Below the pieces are notes generated by a model. It saw only the letters and a list, made by a program, of their open reading frames with translations. It had not been told where the DNA came from and did no database searches. A stretch of DNA of 64,000 nt from a virus. Lineage: Duplodnaviria; Caudoviricetes. A program made the position numbers and the translations under genes. The stretch covers positions 32,001 through 96,000 of the IMG/VR virus record IMGVR_UViG_3300013426_000014. One strand, written 5' to 3'. This document shows positions 37,523 to 47,107 of the stretch, piece by piece (positions within the stretch are counted from its first letter, which is position 1; the number at the start of each line of letters is the position of its first letter).

Positions 37523-38266
37523 ATGGAAATCAAAAAACGTAAAAAGAACAAACTTACAAAACATATCTGTATCGTGTGCGGCAAAGAATTCGAGGCGCGG
37601 CAAGGCGATGCGAAATTCTGCTCATATGAATGCGGCAAGCGATATCACGATCAGCAGGCGCTCGAAAAAAAGACGAGGTCGCTTCTCGAAAACGGCGTCG
37701 AGAATGTCGACTACATCATAGACAGGTGGAACGGTCTGCCGACCGTCCGGCTGTATGGCCGATGGTTTCGGAAAATGCATCCCGACCGCACGATGGATGA
37801 GTACAAGTCGGAATTCCCGGACGCGCCGATAACGATACCGAAAGACAAGGCCGCGACATCAAAGAATTCCGGCCAGTTCATGAAGAAACCGGAATACCGC
37901 GAGAAATATTCAAAGATGATGTCTGGTGAGAACAACCCGAATCATCACACAAAGGCGTCAGAGCAGAAGCGCAAGGAGAATTCGCCGTTTTCCAAAGAGT
38001 TTTATAAACGGAAAAACATGTCAGAATCGGACCGCGACATTTTTTTGACCGAAGTCGCGGAAAGCAGATCATACGCGGCGCAAATTGATTATTACATCGG
38101 CAAGGGAATGTCTTCCGAAGAGGCGGAGGTGGCGCGCGCCGAAAGACAAAGAACATGCGCGCTTAAACGTTTTATTAAAACATATGGTGAAGATGAAGGA
38201 ATGAAGAACAAGAAACAGGCGAAAACAATAAAAACAAATATGAATCGAGATACACGAAAAACGTAG
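37523..38266 (+). CDS. Homing-endonuclease-like DNA-binding protein, apparently lacking a nuclease domain
   Basis: CIVCGKEF..KFCSYECG zinc finger, EYK.EFPDAP, SGENNPN (NUMOD3-like), FIK.YGE.EG. It ends shortly after that with no recognisable HNH, GIY-YIG or Vsr motif. Confidence 0.6.
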   Translation: MEIKKRKKNKLTKHICIVCGKEFEARQGDAKFCSYECGKRYHDQQALEKKTRSLLENGVENVDYIIDRWNGLPTVRLYGRWFRKMHPDRTMDEYKSEFPDAPITIPKDKAATSKNSGQFMKKPEYREKYSKMMSGENNPNHHTKASEQKRKENSPFSKEFYKRKNMSESDRDIFLTEVAESRSYAAQIDYYIGKGMSSEEAEVARAERQRTCALKRFIKTYGEDEGMKNKKQAKTIKTNMNRDTRKT

Positions 38267-38298
38267 AAGACAACATCGAAAAGTAAAAACAGACCGTT

Positions 38299-39279
38299 AT
38301 GAAAGACATGGATATCCGGAAATACTGACTATACCAGATATGGAAAGAATTCATCCACCGCGAATCGCCGTACATGGTGAACGAATCAATGGGACGGCCG
38401 GACAACATAGATATATGAGCCGACGCCGTATACAGAAAAATATCGGGCTGAATACAGGAAAGATACAAAGCCGAAGGGATCGGAGACAATCTGATCACGT
38501 CGGGAAGAATCATCATAGACAAAAACGATTTCGCCGGACGTGAATGCAAGGTGTTCTTTGACAAATGTGTGATAGACGTTGTTGCGAACATAGACATGTC
38601 CGGATCGTCGTTCGACGTGTCGTCCGCGAACTTTTATTACCCTGACAGAAGCGGCGTGCGCGCGGATGGGTCATACATGATATATCTCAAGTTCTTTCTA
38701 ATGGGCGACATCGATAAAGTGTTGGCAGATCTCCGTCCCGCGACGGCGCACGAGCTGACGCATGCGTATGTGGATTACAGGATGAATCCGGATGAATTGA
38801 TGAAAGACAGATCGGTCGGTGGGCTCGACCGGAATTTCGACAAAAAATTCCTGCACGGCGCCGCGGCAACAGATGACCCCGATATAAAGCTTATATATAA
38901 TATACTGTATTTCACGGAAAAAGACGAGATAAACGCGATGCAGTCCGAATTGTGGTCCGAACTTCTCAGGGGCAGAAGCATGATCGGAACATCTGCGGGA
39001 GCGAACGAATTATTAAAAAGGACCGAAGTGTATAAAAGGATGGAGTCGAACGAGAACCGTCTTCGCGAACTCCACCGCGTCACGGAGGAGGAACCGCGAA
39101 ACAAAATACTCGCTTTCTTCAATTCGGTTTTCCACTCGTCTGTCCCAGATTACTGGCGGATGCTGACGAAAGTCGACGTCATGTGAACCCGTGCGAGAAA
39201 CCGGTTGATGAATCGCGCGTGCAAATATATCGGTTATTTTCAGGACGTGAAGGACACGTACGGCTATATTCCATCATAA
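38299..39279 (+). CDS. HExxH zincin-like protein, paralog 1 (326 aa, 4 TGA)
   Basis: AHELTHAYVDY ... ILYFTEKDEINAMQSE. Confidence 0.72.
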
Positions 39280-39299
39280 CCGATTCAAAGCGATAAGTC

Positions 39300-40286
39300 A
39301 TGGATATCAATCAATATATAAAAGAACATACTGCGCTGGAGTTCAAATACAGATCGCGATCATTATGCGAATCCGGTGGCGTTCCGGATTTCATAAGCGA
39401 CGCTGTCGACAGTTTGATGAACAGAATAATGGAAAAGATCCGGGCCGGCGAACGTGACCGATACGCGGACGGAATATTCGACATCAAAGCAGACGGATTA
39501 TTTTTCGACATATGCAGGATCGAAATGTCGATTTTGATCGACAAGCCATCCGACGCGGTGTCGATCTGCTGATCCGACGGCGGTTATGTGCCAGACCGCA
39601 GCGGCGACGCTGGCGGCAAATACATGATATACATATTGATTACAGCCGGCGGCAATGCAGACATGCTCGACGAAGAGATCCGCATCCTGCTCGCGCATGA
39701 AATAACCCACGCGTATAATGATTATATGACGCGGAACGCTGGGAAAATCAATCCGATACAATGCGGCCGGGCGGATGGGACAGTGCTTCACAAAAATTAC
39801 ATGAATCCGGATCAGATTATCAGATACATGCACGACATCATATATTTCTCGCTGAAATCTGAGACCAACGCGATGCAAAGTGAGATATTCATGGAGATGT
39901 CAAGAAAAAAAGGATACATGTCAGACCGGAACAACGTCGAAGCTGTCATGTCGGGCACGGCGGTGATGAAAAGGATAAAAAGAATAGCGGACGAGCTGTC
40001 ATACATTGAATCGTTGACGGAGCCGGACGGCAGAAAAAAGGCGGTGGACTTTTTCAACGCCGTATACCATACAAACGTGACGGATTTTAATTCGATAACC
40101 CGCAAAATCAAGACACTATTTTTCAAATCAAGAAGCAAAATAATCCAATCCGCATGCAAATCCGCGTTTATACTGCACGAGACATGATATGCGCCGGTCA
40201 GGATGAATGGAGAATGGCTCAATGTGTTCGACTGGACGCAAGTGAACGACGCGGACGCGAATACAGCAGAAACGATAATACAATAA
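39300..40286 (+). CDS. HExxH zincin-like protein, paralog 2 (328 aa, 2 TGA)
   Basis: AHEITHAYNDY ... IIYFSLKSETNAMQSE. Colinear with paralog 1 (FFD.C.I, PDRSG, FFN.V.H, AC K). Confidence 0.72.
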
Positions 40287-40295
40287 CCGGATAAT

Positions 40296-40778
40296 ATGAA
40301 AATCAGGAAACTGCTAAAAATCATAGTCGGCAAATTCATAGAGAAGGCGGAGCGGTGGGAACTTCGGCATACTGATACTGGCGACGAGAACGATGTCTCA
40401 AAAAAGATAATTGACACCATCCCGGCGCCGGATCTTTCCGTGTCGTCTGACTCCGGCATGGTCCCTGTGACGGAGATACACCGCACGCGGCCGTTCACCG
40501 TATACGTCATAACGCTGGACGACGGCACGGAGATCGAATGCGCCGACAGGCATATCATGTACAAGGTGGACGACCTATCCGCGGCGAGTTTGCCGGAATG
40601 ACATGTTTATTCAGAATGCTTCGCGAAAAAACTTGTACCGGGTGACAAACTAGTAACGGAGAAAGGATATTCAACCGTCATATCCGTGGAAAAGATGCCG
40701 TACAGGATGTGTATGTATGATATGTCGGTGGCGACACAGGAGCACAGATATTACGTGAACGGCGTGCTTTCGCACAAC
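40296..40778 (+). mobile_element. Split intein C fragment (161 aa)
   Basis: Contains blocks B, F and G and ends His-Asn. The +1 residue is Thr at 40779. Confidence 0.88.
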
Positions 40779-42407
40779 ACGACAACAATGGCGTCTATTT
40801 TCGCTTACCTGCTGACGTTCATGAAGGACAGAAACTACATGCTGCTGGCGAACAAGGAAGCGACCGTCATCGAAATCGCGGACAAAGTCATACAAGTATT
40901 CAAAGGACTACCGTACTTCCTGAAGCCGGGATGCAGATCGTTCGGAAAGACCGGATTCCGGCTCGACAACGGATGCAGGATAATCACAGGAGCGACGACG
41001 AAGACGACGTCAATCGGTTTCACGGTCCACCTGCTGTATCTCGACGAGTTCGCGCACATCGACCCGACGATCGTCGACTCATTCTGACGGTCGGTATATC
41101 CGACCCTGTCATCGTCGGCCGTTTCGCAGTGCATGATCACGTCGACACCACACGGGGTAGACAACAAGTTCTATGATATATGGAGCAAATCGATGAACGG
41201 CGAGAACTCTTTCACACATTTCCGGACGGACTACTGGCAGGTGCCGGAGCACGACGAGGCGTGGGTCGCGAAGCAGAAGAAGGATTTCGGCGAGACTGAG
41301 TTCGCGCAGGAGTTCGAGCTGCAGTTCCACGCGGCGAGTAAGATGCTGCTCAAGCCGTCGGACTTCTCGTTCATCGAGCGAGTCGGCGCGCCGTTCGAGC
41401 GCAAGTACATCCCGTCAGACTCACCTTACTTGAACGATCCGGACCTTAAATGGGCGCCGGACTTTGACCCGAACGACGTGTCGCCGTCCGACAGGTTCGT
41501 TCTTCTCGTCGACCTGGCGGAAGGTAACGGGGACGAGGCGGTGGATGACACGAAGAAGAAAAGCAAGACAAGGACACCGGACTCAAACACCGTGCAGGTG
41601 ATGAAGGTCATCGCGAACAGTCCCGCTAACATCAGACGGTTCTCAGAGTCGGGCGTCACCATGAAAGACTCCGTCCGTTTCATCCAAGTCGGGACGTGAG
41701 AGAGCAACAGAAAAGACGAAGAATATTGCGGCAAGATGACATGCGCGCTGGCGCTCGATCTGCTGAAGGCAGCGGAAACAGACGGTGTCAGAGTCATGGT
41801 CGAGATGAACTTTCAGGGGAAGAACTATGTGACGTCAATGCGGCAGCATCCACTGTATTTCGACGGGCTGCTACAAAAGACATACCACACAAAACCTGTG
41901 CCGGGTGAGGTGAGAAGGAGAAGGATCGGATTCAAATCGGGACCGGAAAAGGAGCACTTCTGTCAGCTCGGCGCGAAGATGATAGCAAGACGGCGTATCG
42001 TGCCGCGTGACAGGACGACGCTTGGCCAGCTGGAGCAGTTCGGATATGTCAAGGGAAAAATCAAAGGAATCGCCTGTCATGACGATTTGTCATACCCAAT
42101 AATCAACCATATACCGGTCATGATGGATGACGAGACGTTCATGTCGTGGATCGAGGACTTTTTATACAACCTGACAGACGAGAAGAGGAAATACGAAATC
42201 AACATGTATATAAAAAAATGGGAGATGGAAAACCCAGAGATGACAGATGAATCATTTGCCGCGATGTACGGATTGAATGACAGATCAGAACTGTTCGGTG
42301 GAGGAATCAACACCGGGACGCCGTTCCAACAGTCGCAACAGCCGCAATACCAATATTATAATGGAATAAATCCATATTCATCCGGATATAACGGTGGATG
42401 AAGATAA
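40296..42407 (+). CDS. terL: Split-intein C half fused to terminase large subunit C-terminal fragment (4 TGA)
   Basis: Intein blocks LDDG..IECADRH, MYDMSV, YYVNGVLSHN|T; then LANK, LP.FLKPG, LLYLDEFAH (Walker B), STPHG..NKFY, QEFE..F, VE.N, HDD. Confidence 0.9.
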
Positions 42408-42420
42408 TTACATTTTAATA

Positions 42421-42456
42421 AAATAAAACAGCGGTAAAATTACCGCTGTTTTATTT
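42421..42456. terminator. Bidirectional intrinsic terminator
   Basis: AAATAAAACAGCGGTAA-AA-TTACCGCTGTTTTATTT between convergent genes. Confidence 0.8.
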
Positions 42457-42476
42457 AATAATTAAGTTGTTATTCA

Positions 42477-44441
42477 TTATTCATTGTCAGATTCATCATC
42501 AAAATATTCATCAGACTGATCATCATCCTCATTATCAAAATATCCGAATTCCATCAGATATTCTTTGTCCTCCGTATTATATCCGTTAATGTTATACTCA
42601 TCACAGTACTGTATCCACTCAGCCAGATTTTCATCATCGGAACAATCATACAGCATGGTATTTTCCCTGCTGCCGTATACCTTGAAATTAACGCGGCCGA
42701 AGTTCTTCCGCAATATATCCGTTATAAAACAAAGCTCGAACGCGCTGTAACCTATACGTCCTGGATGAACGCAGCTGTAACCACCGTCATCATATATCCA
42801 CACGGTCGGCCAATTTTCGCCGCCTGGCCGCGATCTCAGCGTCGGGATGAATGAGTCATCGCTAAACCAATATGACGAATTCAGTTCGGTGTATCCGTCT
42901 TTTATCATCTTAGGGACGACCAGCTCGTCACACGCGATCAGCAACGGCATGCCGTCAAGCGATTTCAGTGAGACGCATCTGGACAAATCGACGTCGCCGA
43001 CTACCTCTGATGGGCATCCGTCGAGCGAGACGATACCGATATTATCGTCATATGCAGTTCTCAACGCTAAATTACAGTCGCATTTGCCGAACCTTATGAA
43101 CGGCGGGAACGCCGGTATATCCTCGCGGGGATCATCACCGTCGAACAGTCATTCCGACTCTCTGCTGTAGCAGAGATCCTTCGCGGCAGATGAGACGTCA
43201 ATCACGAAACCGCCGTTCCCGGCTGGACGGAGTGTGAACAAATTCTCGCACGTATCCTCCGAATACGGCTCGTTCGAGCCATGCCCATATCATTCCATGT
43301 TGTCTCACAGTCAACGGTATATACTGGAACGTGTATCAGCGGATTCTATGTCGTCCATTGTGTCAGTGTAGTCCGTGTCGGACATATCCTCCATATTGAA
43401 ATCCTCATTGACTTTATCGGCGTCATATTTTGGCTGACACCACCCTTCGGCGGATTTCCGCTCTATGAGCCCGCTCAAATCCTTGATGACATCATCGATA
43501 TATTCACTGGGTATTTTCACGTCCTTTCTCAGCAGCGCTGAACACGGAACAGGACAAGCGCCCGGCCCCTTGTTTATATCGGCATACTCTATCATCTTCA
43601 GTGCGCCATCTGATCCGAGTTTCCCGGACCGAACGAGATCACGGATATGATTGAGATATGACAGCAGATCATAATACATCTGCTCGAGAATCTCCGTGTT
43701 ATTTTTGACTTTACCTTCATCTTTGTCATAGATATCAGCATAAAAATCCTGATGGTAACCATCATAATACTCGCTAAAGTCGAACGAGTGATCCTGTATG
43801 CTAATCACCCCAACCGGCGGGATTATATCGAGCAGCGCCCCGTCTGAACGGAGCGGTGGGTTGGCATCACTTGTCGAGAACACGCCACGGATCTTATCAG
43901 GAAACCACGACGGTACGGGATCACCGATATCGCCAAATACCCTGTCGGGATACAACGCGCCGATGTTGAACTCGGCGTCAACGACACCGAACTTGATTCC
44001 GGCGGCGAGGACGTCTGCCTCAGTCGAGTTGCCACCGGAATCGAACTCCGCCGCGACATATGTAATAGGGGGAAGACTCTCCGCCGGAAAGACGTCGTTA
44101 CCGTATCTTCCGATATTGATGACAAACACGTATTTTCCCGGCGACGTTAACCTCCACTCTATCTGTATATACGGGTCATCCTTCATCGCGTACGGTCCAT
44201 TCGTGTTTTCACCATACCCGGAAAATTCCGGATCCTTCGCGTAACGAAACGACGTACTTGTGCACAAATCATAATTATTATCCTGATCGACATATATTAT
44301 GACATGCCTGTTGATCCACCACCACACATGCTCGATCTCAGCGTTTATGTCGGAATCAGACAACACATCTGTGTAGTCGATGTCAGACATATCGGACATA
44401 TCAAAATCCTCATATACAACGCCAGTGCAACAAGATCGCAT
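42477..44441 (-). CDS. Tandem two-unit acidic-leader family protein with LRR-like repeats (654 aa, 4 TGA)
   Basis: The leader occurs twice (VYEDFDMSDMSDIDYTDVLSD and VNEDFNMEDMSDTDYTDTMDD). IVSLDGCP..V.G...LKSLDGMP repeats. TATAAATA at 44464-44471. Confidence 0.72.
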
Positions 44442-44491
44442 ATTCAATCAATTATATTCATAATATTTATAACAAAAAATCATCCATGATC

Positions 44492-44770
44492 CTATGACCA
44501 TGGATGATTCATAACTTTGTACTTTTTTGATTTCCCATCGCGCTCGACCCATCCGCGGGCGACGAAATCATCGATCTCTTTCGTTTTATGATCCCGGCAC
44601 TGGTCCGTCCGCAGCCTCATTTTTGACGCATACTCCGATTCCGTGAATGTGTCCTTACCTATACGTTCAAGATAATCGACAAGCTCGTAAAACACGTCGT
44701 CAATTCCTGGATCTCGCGCGTACCGGACAAGACAACGCATCGGCACTTTACTCCTGTCAACCGGCTTCAT
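44492..44770 (-). CDS. Hypothetical protein
   Basis: 92-aa ORF in a tightly packed operon. Confidence 0.6.
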   Translation of the reverse strand: MKPVDRSKVPMRCLVRYARDPGIDDVFYELVDYLERIGKDTFTESEYASKMRLRTDQCRDHKTKEIDDFVARGWVERDGKSKKYKVMNHPWS

Positions 44771-44771
44771 A

Positions 44772-44939
44772 TTAAAACAGACCCCTTGTCTTTTTCTTCT
44801 GCCCTCTCAACGTCGTTATCTTGTACGGCGTCGACGATACCGGAGCAGAAGTCCTGATCCCGCCGCGGGGCACGTCCATCATGCGGAGTTTTTCGTCGCA
44901 CACAGGACATCTGGTTTTCGTCTTGTCTCCCTGTATCAT
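44772..44939 (-). CDS. Small CxxC protein (55 aa), below the ORF-track cutoff
   Basis: MIQGDKTKTRCPVCDEKL...GLF-TAA fits exactly between its neighbours. Confidence 0.55.
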   Translation of the reverse strand: MIQGDKTKTRCPVCDEKLRMMDVPRGGIRTSAPVSSTPYKITTLRGQKKKTRGLF

Positions 44940-44941
44940 CA

Positions 44942-45313
44942 CTAAAACTCTATCTCATCGACATAATACGCCTTAAACGACCCATCAGACAACTTGAACA
45001 CGAACCTGTTCGGAAGCGATGCCTTTCCCATCACGACAACGGTCGTCTTTTTCCCGTTAATCTTGACATGCAATTTCGTCCTGTCTGCCTCTGTGCGGTT
45101 GACAAGCTCGTTGTTAAGGAATCTGTTCAGATCTGCCCGCGCCTCATCCTCTGGATCCAATTCCTTGTATTCATCCGCATCCGGCGACACAGTGTTCGTT
45201 TCGTCGTCCGCCGACTCTATATCCTCCGGCTCATCGAGAAGATCTATCTCCTCACCGTGATCCTTTCCGTAATCGTCGTCGATTTCATCGACATATTCAT
45301 TCCTATCCGACAT
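44942..45313 (-). CDS. Hypothetical acidic protein
   Basis: 123-aa ORF, coupled to the upstream gene. Confidence 0.6.
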   Translation of the reverse strand: MSDRNEYVDEIDDDYGKDHGEEIDLLDEPEDIESADDETNTVSPDADEYKELDPEDEARADLNRFLNNELVNRTEADRTKLHVKINGKKTTVVVMGKASLPNRFVFKLSDGSFKAYYVDEIEF

Positions 45314-45653
45314 CTTCCGTCTTTTCTGTTTCTTTCATCGCTTCCGCGTCATGACCGTTTATTTGGCCTGTTACGTTAAAAATATGTTCATATATACCTT
45401 TCTTCGCCCGGCGGATAAAATCACGCCGTACGGCCCGTTTCTGCTTTCCAGACAGATATCTTGACTCATCCTCGTGTGTGGTCAGCCAATTCTGATACGC
45501 GAGCATTCCCTGTGTCTCACGCGACAACCGAACAGTGGGTGTCTGATCCAAAATTTTATGCGTCGCCGACGCATCATCCACCGACGCATCATCCGGAACG
45601 ACAGTCACTACATTTGTAACAGGATCAATCACATTGTTTTTATCCTCAGTCAT
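45303..45653 (-). CDS. Hypothetical protein
   Basis: 116-aa ORF downstream of gp55. Confidence 0.6.
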   Translation of the reverse strand: MTEDKNNVIDPVTNVVTVVPDDASVDDASATHKILDQTPTVRLSRETQGMLAYQNWLTTHEDESRYLSGKQKRAVRRDFIRRAKKGIYEHIFNVTGQINGHDAEAMKETEKTEDVG

Positions 45654-45665
45654 GCAATATTCCGC

Positions 45666-46073
45666 TTATATTGTATATATGTTGTCAGAAAGCGACACGC
45701 GTTTAGAATCAGGAAGGCTTATCTTGCCAAGCTTCCTCCATCCCTTCTGGAAACCGTTGACGCAAATCTGTGTGATATAACTGAACGCGTTGAGACTTTT
45801 CTCCGGATTATAATTATGTCAGTACATAATACAGTCGAGAACCGCCTGCGATATACAATCTTCCCGGTCCATCGGATTGGTGTACTTGAGCTTCGTCGAC
45901 AACCGTTTCGCTATCTGCTGAAACATAAGGATCGCTTTCTCCGTCAGCTCACCTGACGTCTTGCACCGTATCAGCTCCTCGCGGAGCTCGTTGTTATTGA
46001 CATAATGCCGTGACGACATCAGATCCTTCGATGAGATGTCGTCGAGATTGACCTCCTTACGTTTCCTGCCCAT
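45666..46073 (-). CDS. gp55: Late-transcription sigma factor (T4 gp55-like; 135 aa, TGA at codon 85)
   Basis: HYVNN.EL, IA.RLS.K..Y....REDCIS..V.DC..Y(W)HNYNPEKS.NAFSY.TQI. Confidence 0.88.
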
Positions 46074-46172
46074 TAATCCATACGCGTTAACCTTAACAAA
46101 TATAATATAGCGCCGAGACTGGTTTTATTCCATCCTGGCGCCATAATATTGTGAAATCCGATTTATCGCCTG

Positions 46173-47081
46173 TTAACGTCCGCTGTATTGCCGGACGGTT
46201 CCGGTCTTCGCCTTGAGCTCCCGCTCGTCCTCTATGGGGGTGGACAGAAGCATGCAGATTTTCTGCGCGGCCATATCCATCTTCTGTGTGATCAACGTCT
46301 TCGACGGCTTGTTTTTCGCCGCCATGGCATCATATGTGACAGCGAGAAGCCCAAGCGGGGCACGGAGTCCCTGAATCACCTGCAGCGCACCGAACTCGGC
46401 GCCAGTATACTTCAATTTCGCCGCGAGATGCGGATCCTCGGCCTCGATGTCGTCCCTGGTCCCTATCCATATCTGATCATAGAAATGATTCCCGATAAAC
46501 GGATACCTGGCCATATTGAAGTTTTTGTACTCATCCGTCACGTAATCAGCGGTCCGAACAATCTCCTCATACACGGCGTCGGCGTACAGGAAAGGAATAC
46601 CGTTCAAATTGTTGGTCCCGTTATGCATCTCGCACAGCACAGCCCTGGTCGCGCCGAGGTCCAATATAAGATCCTTAAGCACAGACGAAACGACAGGCCC
46701 GGCCTCCATGCGCTTTCGCGCGAGCTCATTGTGTTTGGTCGTTTCCTCATCGGCGAACGCCTTCATGGCAGTCTTATAATTATTGACCATATCACCGTTC
46801 CTCTTGTCATTTCACAGGCTTCGCGCAACATAGAACAGACACAGCAACATTATGAATATCAACACGACAACCCACATTGTGGCGCCGTCCATCCAGAAAG
46901 TCTTAAAAAACCCGACCGGATCGACGGTGATGTCGTTGAAGTTTGTGATGACCAGTGTCAAGAGCAGGACGAGCGCGACAAGAATGATGTTATTCCAATA
47001 ATACGCCGAGCCGCGCGAGGCGGCTCTGACGATCTTATCTTTCGCGTCGGCAATATTCTTTGGTTTTACCGAATTATTCAT
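46173..47081 (-). CDS. Two-TM membrane protein with GAF-like soluble domain, holin candidate (1 TGA)
   Basis: Two hydrophobic helices, then a TGA, then a domain with RA...EMHNG..NL.G.PF.Y....YE. Confidence 0.5.
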
Positions 47082-47107
47082 AACGTGCAATTATATATAC
47101 TATTTAA

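Noticed and set aside
37353-40778. Group I intron interrupting terL
   Set aside because: The boundaries are protein-splicing motifs (Cys1 and His-Asn/Thr) on two separately started ORFs. I saw no intron core elements, although an RNA-level check was not possible.
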